A stretch of 64,000 nucleotides of DNA. Source: an uncultured Verrucomicrobia subdivision 3 bacterium (GTDB lineage Bacteria; Verrucomicrobiota; Verrucomicrobiia; Limisphaerales; UBA11358). Positions 10,558 through 19,518 of this stretch are shown one piece after another. The position numbers and the translations under genes were made by a program. A model generated the notes under the pieces. The model did not search any database and was not told where the DNA came from. It saw nothing but the letters and a program-made list of their open reading frames with translations. Numbering within the stretch: position 1 is the stretch's first letter; every line of letters starts with the position of its first letter. The stretch covers positions 24,800 through 88,799 of the forward strand of contig CAISEZ010000142.1 of the NCBI GenBank assembly GCA_903884535.1. Direction: 5' to 3'.

Positions 10558-12441
10558 TTACGGCTTCCAGATCATGTCCGCCACAGTTTTGCCGGCGGGA
10601 ATGAACGGGATGACGTGCGTGCTGTAAGGCACCACCACGTCGAGGACGTAGGGTTCGTCGGCGTCGAGCATCCGCTGCATGGCGGCGCGCAAATCTTTCT
10701 TATACATCACACGCTCACACTTCACGCCGAAGGAATTGCACACGGCAACGTAGTCGGGATAAATGCTGGGACGATCTTTCGGATCGCCGAGATAGGTGTG
10801 ACCGCGGTTGCCGGCGTAGAAATTATCCTCCCACTGCACAACCATACCGAGATGTTGGTTGTTCAGGATGATGGCTTTCGCGGCAATTTTTTCAACATGC
10901 GCGGTGGCGAGTTCCTGAATATTCATCAGGAAAGAGCCGTCGCCGTCAATGTCCACGACCTGCTTGTCGGGATGCGCCACCTTCACGCCGAGCGCGGCGG
11001 GATAGCCGTAGCCCATCGAGCCGAGGCCGCCGCTGGTGACGAACTGGCGCGGGAATTTGTATTTATACCATTGGCCGGCCCACATCTGATGCTGGCCGAC
11101 GCCGGTGGTGATGTAGGCGTCGCCCTTGGTCAGATTGTAAAGCTCCTCGATGACCATTTGCTGGAGGATGACTTCGCTCTCCTTGCCGCCCATGTGATCA
11201 ATCATGTGATCGCTGTTGGCGATCTCGGGCGTGATGCGATAAGCGAACGGCCCTTTCTTCTGCCACTCGGCAATTTGTGCGAGCCAGGCGGTATGTTTCT
11301 TTTGGATCGGACGCTTGGCGACCAATTTGTTGAGGCGCGTGAGCGCGTCCTTGATGTCGCCGACCACGGGCAGATTCGCCTTGCGATTTTTGTTCAACTC
11401 GGAGGCGTCAATGTCAATGTGGACGATGGTTCCGCTCTTGCAGAACTCTTCAAATTTGCCGGTGACGCGGTCATCGAAGCGCACGCCGAACGAGAGCAGC
11501 AAATCCGCGCCGTCTTTCATCTTGACCATCGGGTCGTTGAAGGATTTGCGGTATTCGTATTCGCCGTTCACCGCCCAGTTCGCCACCGCCGAACCGTGCA
11601 TGCCCAGCCAGCGCAGCGAGAGCGGATGCGTTTCCGGAAAACCGCCGATGCCCATGAGCGTCGTGGTGACAGGGATGTTCGTGGCTTCGGCGAATTTTTT
11701 CAATTCCGCCGCCGCGCCGCTGGTGATGATGCCGCCGCCGCAATAAATCACCGGGCGTTCCGCCTTTTCAATCAAGCCGATGATTTCGTTGAGCGAAAGA
11801 TCATCCGCCTTCAAATTCGGCTGCGTGTAACCGGGCAGACCTTTCTTGATTTCTTCGAGCGTCGGCCAGACGGGCTGCGCCTTGGCCTGCTGGAGGTTCT
11901 TCGGAAAATCAATGACGACCGGGCCGGGCCGGCCGGACTGCGCGATGTAAAACGCTTCCTTCACGATCCGCGGAATGTCGTTGATGTCCGTGATAAGATA
12001 ACTGTGCTTCACGATAGGCAGCGTGAGCCCGATCATGTCGGTTTCCTGAAACGCGCCGCGGCCGATCATGGCCTGCGTCACCTGCCCGGTGATGGCGACG
12101 AGCGGTGTGGAATCCATGTAGGCATCCGCAATGGCGGTGACGAGGTTCGTCGCGCCCGGACCGCTGGTGGTCATGCACACGCCGGCTTTGCCGGTTACGC
12201 GCGCATAGCCTTCGGCGGCAAAACTGCCGCCCTGCTCGTGGCGCGGGAGGATGGTGCGGATTTTGGATTTGGTGAGCGACTGGTGGATTTCCATGCTCGC
12301 GCCGCCGGGATAGGCGAAGATGACTTCCACGCCTTCGCGCTCGAGGGCTTCGACGAAGATGTCGCGGCCGAACATTGCCGGGCCGACTTCGGCGCGGGCT
12401 TTGGCTTTGGCGGTGGCGGCTTTCTTAATGGTTTTGCTCAT
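10558..12441 (-). CDS. ilvB: Acetolactate synthase (acetohydroxyacid synthase) large subunit
   Basis: 627-aa ORF. N-terminal FAYPGGASMEIHQSL...GPGATNLVTAIADAYMDSTPLVAITGQV and TPP motif IDGDGSFLMNIQELAT. No small-subunit gene follows. Confidence 0.9.
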   Translation of the reverse strand: MSKTIKKAATAKAKARAEVGPAMFGRDIFVEALEREGVEVIFAYPGGASMEIHQSLTKSKIRTILPRHEQGGSFAAEGYARVTGKAGVCMTTSGPGATNLVTAIADAYMDSTPLVAITGQVTQAMIGRGAFQETDMIGLTLPIVKHSYLITDINDIPRIVKEAFYIAQSGRPGPVVIDFPKNLQQAKAQPVWPTLEEIKKGLPGYTQPNLKADDLSLNEIIGLIEKAERPVIYCGGGIITSGAAAELKKFAEATNIPVTTTLMGIGGFPETHPLSLRWLGMHGSAVANWAVNGEYEYRKSFNDPMVKMKDGADLLLSFGVRFDDRVTGKFEEFCKSGTIVHIDIDASELNKNRKANLPVVGDIKDALTRLNKLVAKRPIQKKHTAWLAQIAEWQKKGPFAYRITPEIANSDHMIDHMGGKESEVILQQMVIEELYNLTKGDAYITTGVGQHQMWAGQWYKYKFPRQFVTSGGLGSMGYGYPAALGVKVAHPDKQVVDIDGDGSFLMNIQELATAHVEKIAAKAIILNNQHLGMVVQWEDNFYAGNRGHTYLGDPKDRPSIYPDYVAVCNSFGVKCERVMYKKDLRAAMQRMLDADEPYVLDVVVPYSTHVIPFIPAGKTVADMIWKP

Positions 12442-12477
12442 ACTATTTTTCTTGGTTGTGGCGGCGCGGCTCAGGGT

Positions 12478-12510
12478 AACAAAAAACCCACAGCCGTTTC
12501 CAGCCGTGGG
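12478..12510 (-). terminator. Attenuator terminator in the ilvB leader
   Basis: Minus strand CCCACGGC-TGGAAAC-GGCTGTGGG (8-9 bp including G-U pairs) followed by TTTTTTGTT, about 40 nt upstream of the ilvB ATG. Confidence 0.7.
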
Positions 12511-12546
12511 TTCTTGTTAAAGTCTCGTTCAACAAGCACCAACGGC
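12503..12546 (-). promoter_or_regulatory. Putative antiterminator helix of the ilvB attenuator
   Basis: GCCGTTGGTGCTTGTT (12546..12531) is complementary at 14/16 positions to AACAAGAACCCACGGC (12518..12503). The latter contains the 5' arm of the terminator, so the two structures are mutually exclusive. Confidence 0.55.
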
Positions 12547-12597
12547 GTCGCTAACTACGACGACCAGAATGACAGCTTGTGACACGTTTTTCAACAT
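12529..12597 (-). CDS. ilvB leader peptide (22 aa, branched-chain-amino-acid rich)
   Basis: Own translation: ATG TTG AAA AAC GTG TCA CAA GCT GTC ATT CTG GTC GTC GTA GTT AGC GAC GCC GTT GGT GCT TGT TGA = MLKNVSQAVILVVVVSDAVGAC. It has 7 Val, 2 Leu and 1 Ile. Too short for the ORF track. Confidence 0.65.
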   Translation of the reverse strand: MLKNVSQAVILVVVVSDAVGAC

Positions 12598-12606
12598 TGC
12601 GAATGC

Positions 12607-12634
12607 AGTTTAATCAAAACCGGCGCAGGGTCAA
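12607..12634 (-). promoter_or_regulatory. Sigma70-like promoter candidate for the ilvB leader
   Basis: Minus strand TTGACC (12634..12629), 16-nt spacer, TAAACT (12612..12607), 9 nt before the leader ATG. Pattern match only. Confidence 0.35.
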
Positions 12635-12698
12635 GTTTTGAGTCAGGCTGGAATTTGCCGCCAACAGGACAATTCCCGTTCTGGACAACCAGAGGGCG

Positions 12699-14093
12699 TT
12701 GCGGCAGGCTCGCCAAGTGAATAATCCGCCCATTCTGCCCCCAGCGGTTGCGGCCCCCAGGCGCAAGGGACATAAAAAACTCATCATCTTTTCCATCCTC
12801 GGCGTCATCGTGCTGGCGGTCGCGATGTTCTTCGCGCTGCACAAAAAAGAACCCGTCATCACCGTGCAGACCGAGAAGGTTTCACGGCACACCATCACCG
12901 AAACAGTCATCGCCAACGGCAAGATTTATCCGGTGCTGCAAGTCCACATCAGCGCCGAAGTCAGTGGCGAAATCATCGAACTGCCGGTCAAAGAAGGGCA
13001 GTTCGTCCACAAGGGTGATTTGCTGTTGAAGATCAATCCCAAGACGCCGCTGGCGATGCTCAACCAAACCAAAGCGAGCTACGAATCGTCGCGCGGTTCC
13101 GTGACCACTGCTGCCGCCAACCTCGAAAAGGCCGACGCGGATTTCAAGCGGAACAAGGAATTGTTCGACCACAAACTGATTTCCGACGCGGACTTCATCG
13201 GCTTCAAGGTCGCGCTGGACATCGCCCACGCGCAACTGGAGAGCGCCGGACATTCGGTGGAGCTGGCCAAGGCGTCCGTGGACAGCGCGCAGGATTCACT
13301 CGACAAGACCACCATCACCGCGCCGCTGGACGGCACGATCACCAAGCTGAATTCGCAGCTCGGCGAGCGCGTGCTGGGCACCGTGCAAAACGCGGGCACG
13401 GAAATCATGACCATTTCCGACTTGAGCGCGATGGAGGCGCGCGTGGACATCGGCGAGATGGACATCGTCCTGCTGCTGCCCGGCCAGAAGGCGAAGCTGG
13501 AAGTGGATTCGTTCAAGGACCGGAAATTTGCCGGCGTAGTGACGGATGTCGCCAATTCGTCGGAAGGCTTGAACGCCAGTTCCGCCGCCTCGGCTTACAG
13601 CAGCTCGTCGTCGTCCTCGTCGTCCTCGGCGACGCAGTTTCAGGTGCGCATCCGCCTCACCGAAGGCGACCAGTTCCGGCCCGGCATGTCCGTCAGCGCG
13701 GAAATTGAAACTCGCACGCGCACCAATTCGCTGGCGGTGCCGATCGCCAGCGTCACCACGCGGCTCCTCAAAAAGAAATCCGAGGCCGGCAAAACGAATT
13801 CCGCGCCGACCAATGCCACCGCTTCCGTCGGCAGCGAAACCAATTCCACCCGGTTAAAATCCGACGAAAAGCAGAAGCCGGTGGAAGTGGTTTTCACCGT
13901 GGACGGCAACCATGTGAAAACGGCTCCGGTGAAGATCGGCATCAGCGATGATAATTTCTGGGAAATCACTGACGGCTTGAAGGAGGGCGATGAAATCGTC
14001 ACCGGCAGTTACCACGCCATCAGCCACGACCTCGACGACGGTAAAAAAATTGTGAAAGGGCCGGCGGCCCCCGAAATCCCCAATTCAAAATGA
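12699..14093 (+). CDS. Efflux transporter periplasmic adaptor (HlyD/MacA family)
   Basis: 464-aa ORF. No ATG near the start, so TTG at 12699 or GTG at 12717 is used. N-terminal TM LIIFSILGVIVLAVAMFFAL, coiled-coil and beta-barrel-type sequence. Followed by the MacB-type ATPase and permeases. Confidence 0.8.
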   Translation: MRQARQVNNPPILPPAVAAPRRKGHKKLIIFSILGVIVLAVAMFFALHKKEPVITVQTEKVSRHTITETVIANGKIYPVLQVHISAEVSGEIIELPVKEGQFVHKGDLLLKINPKTPLAMLNQTKASYESSRGSVTTAAANLEKADADFKRNKELFDHKLISDADFIGFKVALDIAHAQLESAGHSVELAKASVDSAQDSLDKTTITAPLDGTITKLNSQLGERVLGTVQNAGTEIMTISDLSAMEARVDIGEMDIVLLLPGQKAKLEVDSFKDRKFAGVVTDVANSSEGLNASSAASAYSSSSSSSSSSATQFQVRIRLTEGDQFRPGMSVSAEIETRTRTNSLAVPIASVTTRLLKKKSEAGKTNSAPTNATASVGSETNSTRLKSDEKQKPVEVVFTVDGNHVKTAPVKIGISDDNFWEITDGLKEGDEIVTGSYHAISHDLDDGKKIVKGPAAPEIPNSK

Positions 14094-14160
14094 AAAATGC
14101 AAAATTAAAAACCAGGCTTCCCGCGCCGTATGTTTTTGCATTTTTAATTTTTAATTTTTA
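14070..14160. repeat. AT-rich 7-nt-periodic inverted repeat spanning the adaptor-gene stop codon
   Basis: Arms AATTCAAAATGAAAAATGCAAAA (14082..14104) and TTTTGCATTTTTAATTTTTAATT (14134..14156) are complementary at 21/23 positions. The GC-rich spacer is 29 nt. Right side continues as (ATTTTTA)x3. The last codons of the adaptor gene (..PEIPNSK*) are encoded by the left arm. Confidence 0.75.
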
Positions 14161-14169
14161 ATTCTGCCG

Positions 14170-14856
14170 ATGAGCCTGATCCGTCTCCAGAACATTTCGC
14201 GGCGATACCAGATGGGCACGGAGACCGTCCACGCGCTGCGCGAAGTCTCGCTGGAAATCCAGCGCGGCGAATACGTCGCCATCATGGGGCCGTCCGGCTC
14301 CGGTAAATCCACGCTGATGAATTTGCTCGGCTGCCTCGACACGCCGACCGGCGGCGATTATGAATTGAACGGCAGCCGTGTCAGCGAGATGAACGACAAT
14401 GCGCTCGCCGAAATCCGCAACCGCGAAATCGGTTTCATTTTTCAAACGTTCAATCTGCTGCCGCGATCCGATGCGTTGCGAAATGTGGAATTGCCCTTGG
14501 TTTATGCGGGCATCGCGTCAAAGGAACGTCGCAAGCTGGCACTGGAAGCCTTGGCCAGTGTCGGCCTCGCCGACCGCGTGCATCACCGGCCAAACGAACT
14601 TTCCGGAGGCCAGCGCCAGCGCGTGGCCGTGGCGCGGGCGCTGGTGAACAAGCCGTCCATCCTGCTCGCCGACGAGCCGACGGGCAATCTGGATTCCAAG
14701 ACCGGCACGGAAATCATGGCGCTGTTCCAACTGCTCGCGGACAAAGGCCACACCATCATCGTCGTCACGCACGAGGAGGAAGTGGCGCTGCATGCGCAGC
14801 GCGTCATTCGTATTCGTGACGGTTTGATCGCCAGCGACGAGCGCGTGAAAAAATAA
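14170..14856 (+). CDS. ABC transporter ATP-binding protein (MacB/LolD type)
   Basis: 228 aa. Walker [10 protein letters not shown], signature [15 protein letters not shown], Walker [13 protein letters not shown]. Confidence 0.9.
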   Translation: MSLIRLQNISRRYQMGTETVHALREVSLEIQRGEYVAIMGPSGSGKSTLMNLLGCLDTPTGGDYELNGSRVSEMNDNALAEIRNREIGFIFQTFNLLPRSDALRNVELPLVYAGIASKERRKLALEALASVGLADRVHHRPNELSGGQRQRVAVARALVNKPSILLADEPTGNLDSKTGTEIMALFQLLADKGHTIIVVTHEEEVALHAQRVIRIRDGLIASDERVKK

Positions 14857-14865
14857 TTATTCCAG

Positions 14866-16095
14866 ATGAACTTCGTCACCGAACTGCGCGAAGGGCTGCT
14901 GATTTCGTGGAGCGCCATCCGCGCGAATAAGCTTCGATCGGTGCTGACCACGCTGGGCATCGTCATCGGCATTGTCACGGTCACGCTCATGGGCACGGCC
15001 ATCGAAGGCTTGAACAATTCCTTTCTGAAAAGCATTTCCTCCATCGGCGCGGACGTGCTTTACCTGGATCAGCGCAGTTGGTTGATCCAATCGCATCAGG
15101 AATGGGTGAATGCGATGAAGAATCCCAAAATTATGCCCGGCGAGTTTGACGCGCTACAGCGGCAAATGACACTGGCCAGCGCGATGACCTTGGTCGCGCA
15201 GGACAATGATTCGGTAAAATATCAAAAGCGCGGTTCGAGCAGCGCCCCGGTTATCGGCACGACCGAGCAGTATCAAATCACCAGCGGCCTGACGGTGGAT
15301 CAGGGCCGGTTCTTCAACTCGGCCGAATGCAACGGCGGCCGGCCGGTATGCGTTCTCGGGGCGGACCTGGCCACCAATCTTTTTCAAGGTGCCTCGCCGC
15401 TGGGCGAACGGATTTATGTGGACCGCATGCCGCTGGAAGTGATCGGCGTGCTTGAAAAACAAGGCGGCTTTGGAGAAGGCGGCGGCACGGACAACACGGT
15501 CATTATGCCGCTCGCCCAGTTCACCGCCGAGATTTGGGAAAATCCGCCGTATGACATCCAGGTCAAGGCGAAAAGTCTCGCCCAGCTCGACGATGCGAAA
15601 GAAGAACTGCGCGCCATCCTGCGGCGCAACCGACACATCCCGCCCGGCGATCCGGACAATTTCGCCATCAACCAGCAGGACCAATTCTTAAAATTATTTC
15701 ATAAAGTTGCCGGCACCATCGCGGCGGTCGGGCTGTTCATCACCGGGCTGTCGCTCTTCGTCGGCGGCATCGGCATCATGAACATCATGTTTGTCTCGGT
15801 CGCGGAACGGACGCGCGAAATCGGCGTGCGGAAAGCCATCGGCGCCAAGCGGCGGACCATCCTGCTGCAATTTTTGATCGAGGCCGCATGCATCTGCGTC
15901 ATCGGCGGCGTCATCGCGCTGCTCATCGCGTGGCCGGCGACCGTGCTGATGCGCAAGGCGATGCCGGCCACGATGTCGCCCCTGATCGTGGGCATCGCGC
16001 TGCTGGTCTCAGCGGTGACCGGCGTGCTGTCCGGATTTTTCCCCGCGTGGCGCGCGGCGCGGATGAACCCCGTGGATGCGTTGCGAAATGAATAG
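14866..16095 (+). CDS. ABC transporter permease (MacB-like periplasmic domain + FtsX domain)
   Basis: 409-aa ORF. N-terminal TM, large periplasmic loop, C-terminal FtsX-type segment MFVSVAERTREIGVRKAIGAKRR. Confidence 0.85.
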   Translation: MNFVTELREGLLISWSAIRANKLRSVLTTLGIVIGIVTVTLMGTAIEGLNNSFLKSISSIGADVLYLDQRSWLIQSHQEWVNAMKNPKIMPGEFDALQRQMTLASAMTLVAQDNDSVKYQKRGSSSAPVIGTTEQYQITSGLTVDQGRFFNSAECNGGRPVCVLGADLATNLFQGASPLGERIYVDRMPLEVIGVLEKQGGFGEGGGTDNTVIMPLAQFTAEIWENPPYDIQVKAKSLAQLDDAKEELRAILRRNRHIPPGDPDNFAINQQDQFLKLFHKVAGTIAAVGLFITGLSLFVGGIGIMNIMFVSVAERTREIGVRKAIGAKRRTILLQFLIEAACICVIGGVIALLIAWPATVLMRKAMPATMSPLIVGIALLVSAVTGVLSGFFPAWRAARMNPVDALRNE

Positions 16096-17350
16096 GCACA
16101 AAATCTCCATTCTCGGCGAGGTGCGCGAAAGCTTCTCCATGGCGATGGGCGCGATCACCGCGCATAAACTGCGTTCGGCGCTGACGCTGCTCGGCGTGCT
16201 GGTGGGCGTGTTTTCCATCATCGTGGTGATGACCGCGATGCGCGTAATGCAAAGCAGTATTGAAGACCAGTTGAGTTCGCTTGGCGGCCAGACCTTCATG
16301 GTGCGCAAATGGCCAAATGCGTATTTTGGCGGGTCCAGCGGCGACTACGAAAAATATTGGCGGCGGAAAAACATCACGATGGCGCAGGTGAAATTGCTGG
16401 AGCAAAAAGCCGCGCTGCCGGCCAACATTGGGATGGAATCCATGTTCTGGTCGGGCGAAATCAAGACGCGCTACAAAACCAGCGCGCCCGTCGTGCGGCT
16501 TTACGGCGAAACACCCGGCAGCTTCGCCGCGCACAACTGGAACCTCGCGGACGGCCGTTTGTTTTTTGACGCGGACGTGGACAATGCCCGCAACGTCTGT
16601 GTGCTCGGCTACGGGCTGGCCACGAATATTTTTCCGAATAGTTCGCCGGTCGGCGATACGGTGAAGATTGACGGCATTAATTACAACGTCATCGGCACGC
16701 TGGAATCCAAAGGCAGCGCGGCCGGCGGCGACCAGGATAATTTCGCCGTCGTCCCGCTCAAGACCGGCCTGAACCGCTACGGCCGCTGGAGCCGCAGCCT
16801 GAACATCCTCGTGCAGGCGCGCGACCGCGAGACTTATGACGCCACGCTCGAGGAAGTGCGCAGCATTTTGCGCGTGCTCCGCAAAGTGATGCCGGGCAAG
16901 GAGGAGGATTTTGAAATTTCCTCAAACGATTCGCTGATCGAACAGTTCAAAACCTTCACGCGCACGGTGCGCATCGGCGTGACGGTAGTGAGTTCCATCG
17001 CGCTGCTCGCGGCGGGCATCGGCATCATGAACATCATGCTCGTGTCGGTCACGGAACGGACGCGCGAAATCGGCATCCGCCGCGCGATCGGCGCGAAAAA
17101 GCGCAACATCATGGTGCAATTTATTCTGGAGGCGATTGTCCTCTGCGAAGTCGGCGGCGCGGCCGGCGTGGTGCTGGGCATCCTCGGCGGCAACCTGACG
17201 GCGGTGCTGTTGAAACTGCCGCCGGTGATTCCGTTCGACTGGGTAGCCATCGGTTTGGCGATCTGTTCGGTGGTGGGAATTATTTTCGGAACGTATCCGG
17301 CATGGAAGGCAGCGAATTTGGATCCGATTGAGTCCTTACGCTACGAGTAG
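16088..17350 (+). CDS. ABC transporter permease (MacB-like periplasmic domain + FtsX domain), paralog of the previous gene
   Basis: ORF 16076..17350. ATG at 16088 (MNRHKISILG...) overlaps the previous stop. Conserved MLVSVTERTREIGIRRAIGAKKR. Confidence 0.85.
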   Translation: MNRHKISILGEVRESFSMAMGAITAHKLRSALTLLGVLVGVFSIIVVMTAMRVMQSSIEDQLSSLGGQTFMVRKWPNAYFGGSSGDYEKYWRRKNITMAQVKLLEQKAALPANIGMESMFWSGEIKTRYKTSAPVVRLYGETPGSFAAHNWNLADGRLFFDADVDNARNVCVLGYGLATNIFPNSSPVGDTVKIDGINYNVIGTLESKGSAAGGDQDNFAVVPLKTGLNRYGRWSRSLNILVQARDRETYDATLEEVRSILRVLRKVMPGKEEDFEISSNDSLIEQFKTFTRTVRIGVTVVSSIALLAAGIGIMNIMLVSVTERTREIGIRRAIGAKKRNIMVQFILEAIVLCEVGGAAGVVLGILGGNLTAVLLKLPPVIPFDWVAIGLAICSVVGIIFGTYPAWKAANLDPIESLRYE

Positions 17351-17430
17351 TTTTAATTTGATCGGCCGGAAATAAAATTTCACTGCCAATTGTCTGGCAT
17401 TTGACAATTACAAAAGCGTCGTGAACGGAC

Positions 17431-17463
17431 AAAATAAAAAAGCCACGGAAAAATTCCGTGGCT
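17431..17463 (-). terminator. Intrinsic terminator after rplI (hairpin also usable from the plus strand)
   Basis: Minus strand AGCCACGGAA-TTT-TTCCGTGGCT (10-bp stem) followed by TTTTTATTTT, 21 nt after the rplI stop. Confidence 0.8.
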
Positions 17464-17484
17464 TTGATGAAAACGATTTGAAGA

Positions 17485-18084
17485 CTAGGCCTTCTTTTCG
17501 ACTTTGGCTTTCTTTTCGGCCTTGGGCTTGGCTTCGGCCGTTTCGGCTTTGGGCGCTTCGGCATGCTTGCCGCGTTTTTCGCTGTGCGGGCGCTTGTCTT
17601 CAGCCACCGGCGCGGGCGCGACGATCGGCGTGGTGCTTTCCACGCGGAGTTTCAAAGTGCCTTTGACGTCGTGGTGGAGATTCAATTCCACTTCGTGTTC
17701 GCCCAACTGCTTGAGCGGTTCACCGAGATGGATTTTCCGCTTGTCGAGCGCGATGTCGAACTGCTTCTTCAGTTCGTCGGCAATGAGGCCGGCGGTGACC
17801 GTGCCGAACATCTTGCCATCCTCGCCGGTCTTGACCTTGACGACCAGGACGAGCTTGCCGAATGCCTTGGACATTTCCGTCATGGCGTTCAGCTCATGCG
17901 CTTCGCGCTCGGCGCGGCGCTGCTTGAGCGATTCCATCTGCCGCTTATTGGCCTGCGTCACGGGGATCGCGAGGTGCTGCGGGATGAGATAGTTGCGGGC
18001 GTAGCCGGAGGCAACTTTGACCTGGTCGGATTCACCGCCGAGGCCGATGATATTGTGAGTGAGGATAACTTCAGTTTTTGCCAT
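17485..18084 (-). CDS. rplI: 50S ribosomal protein L9 with Lys/Ala/Glu-rich C-terminal tail
   Basis: 199 aa. MAKTEVILTHNIIGLGGESDQVKVASGYARNYLIPQHLA is a typical L9 N-terminus. About 50 extra C-terminal residues (..AEAPKAETAEAKPKAEKKAKVEKKA). Confidence 0.9.
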   Translation of the reverse strand: MAKTEVILTHNIIGLGGESDQVKVASGYARNYLIPQHLAIPVTQANKRQMESLKQRRAEREAHELNAMTEMSKAFGKLVLVVKVKTGEDGKMFGTVTAGLIADELKKQFDIALDKRKIHLGEPLKQLGEHEVELNLHHDVKGTLKLRVESTTPIVAPAPVAEDKRPHSEKRGKHAEAPKAETAEAKPKAEKKAKVEKKA

Positions 18085-18115
18085 ACGAAAAATAAATAAT
18101 TACGGAGTTAAAAAA

Positions 18116-18580
18116 TCAGAACGGAACATCGTCGTCGTGCGGTGGTTCGGAATCACTGGCATCCGGCGCAGGCGCGGCAGGGGCGGCGGGACGAGCCGCG
18201 CGCGGTGCCGCCGGAGCGGACGGTGCGCCGCCTTCTCCACCACCTGGGGCGCTGCCTAAAAATTGAACAGTTTCAGCGACGACACCGAGTTTGCTCTTTT
18301 TCTGGCCAGTCTGCTTGTCGTCCCACTGGTCCAAACGCAACCGTCCTTCGATCAGAATCGGCCGGCCTTTGCGCATGTATTGGCCGACGTTTTCGGCGGT
18401 GCGGCCAAAAACATCGACGTCCACAAAAGTGACTTCTTCCTTTTTTTCGCCGGCTTCATTCGTCCAGACGCGGTTGACCGCGAGGCCGATTTTGGCAATG
18501 GCCGTCCCTTTGGGTGTGTAGCGCAATTCAGGATCGCGCGTCAGGTTGCCCACCAGGATGACTTTGTTGAAGCTGGCCAT
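18116..18580 (-). CDS. ssb: Single-stranded DNA-binding protein
   Basis: 154 aa. MASFNKVILVGNLTRDPELRYTPKG OB-fold start, Gly/Pro/Ala-rich linker, acidic tip DDDVPF. Confidence 0.9.
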   Translation of the reverse strand: MASFNKVILVGNLTRDPELRYTPKGTAIAKIGLAVNRVWTNEAGEKKEEVTFVDVDVFGRTAENVGQYMRKGRPILIEGRLRLDQWDDKQTGQKKSKLGVVAETVQFLGSAPGGGEGGAPSAPAAPRAARPAAPAAPAPDASDSEPPHDDDVPF

Positions 18581-18589
18581 GACGGAAAA

Positions 18590-18895
18590 TTACTTCGCGG
18601 GTTTCGGTTCCGGCGAGGCGCTGAACAGCACGCGGAACACGTCGTCGTTGTGCGCGAACTTGGTTTGGAGCGAGGCGATGACCGCCGGCGTGCAGTTGAA
18701 AATGATGTTGGCGTAGAAACCCGAGCTGTGCCGTTTGTCGGCCACGCGCGAGAACGCTTTCTTCTCCATTTTCTGCACGGTCTCAACCTTGCCGCCCGCC
18801 GTGGTGATCTCGGCGGAAATTTTGTCGAGGGCGTCTTTCACGCCTTCTTCTTTGCCAGCTGTGTTCAAGATGAACAGACCTTCGTAACGTTTCAT
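18590..18895 (-). CDS. rpsF: 30S ribosomal protein S6
   Basis: 101 aa starting MKRYEGLFILNTAGKEEG... Position upstream of ssb and rplI. Confidence 0.85.
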   Translation of the reverse strand: MKRYEGLFILNTAGKEEGVKDALDKISAEITTAGGKVETVQKMEKKAFSRVADKRHSSGFYANIIFNCTPAVIASLQTKFAHNDDVFRVLFSASPEPKPAK

Positions 18896-19491
18896 TTTTT
18901 ATTTTCTGTGGGACTGATCGTCCCGTTAAATTGGCTCATCGCCTTTTGCAAACCCGCATCCAGCCAGCATTCGATCTGGCCGGCGGCCCGTTCCAAAACT
19001 TTTTCCAACACCGCAGTCTCGGCCGCATCAAACTTGCCGAGCACAAAATTCGTAATCTCACGCGTCCCGTCGCGCCGGCCGATCCCGATCCGCAACCGCG
19101 CAAACTCGCGCGTGCCGAGGTGCTGCTCGATGGACTCCAGTCCGTGATGACCGCCGCTGCTGCCGCCCGGCCGCAGCCGGATTTCGCCCAGCGGCAAATC
19201 CGCGTCGTCCACCGTCACCAGCAATTGCGCCAGCGGCAACTGATAAAACTTCACCAGCGCGCCGACCGTTTCGCCGCTCAAATTCATGAACGTTTGCGGT
19301 TCGGCCAGCAAAAACTTTTTGCCGGCTTTTTCCCCGCGCGCAACACGAGCAACAAATTTTCGCTCGTTCGTCCAGCCTGCTTTCCCCTGCTCCGCCAGTT
19401 TTTCGACCAGTAAAAACCCGGCGTTGTGACGCGTCTTCGCGTAATCCGCGCCCGGATTCCCCAAACCCACGATGAGGTGCATCGGCTCCAT
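18892..19491 (-). CDS. pth: Peptidyl-tRNA hydrolase
   Basis: 199 aa with LIVGLGNPGADYAKTRHNAGF motif. ATGA overlap with the rpsF start. Confidence 0.9.
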   Translation of the reverse strand: MEPMHLIVGLGNPGADYAKTRHNAGFLLVEKLAEQGKAGWTNERKFVARVARGEKAGKKFLLAEPQTFMNLSGETVGALVKFYQLPLAQLLVTVDDADLPLGEIRLRPGGSSGGHHGLESIEQHLGTREFARLRIGIGRRDGTREITNFVLGKFDAAETAVLEKVLERAAGQIECWLDAGLQKAMSQFNGTISPTENKK

Positions 19492-19518
19492 GCGCGGGGG
19501 CGGCTTCCGCCGCGTAAA

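Noticed and set aside
10615-12582. 655-aa plus-strand ORF covering the ilvB locus
   Set aside because: It is antisense to a gene with unambiguous ilvB motifs. Its translation is Arg/Gly/Ala/His-rich low-information sequence typical of the mirror frame of a high-GC gene. Its 3' end runs through the leader/attenuator.
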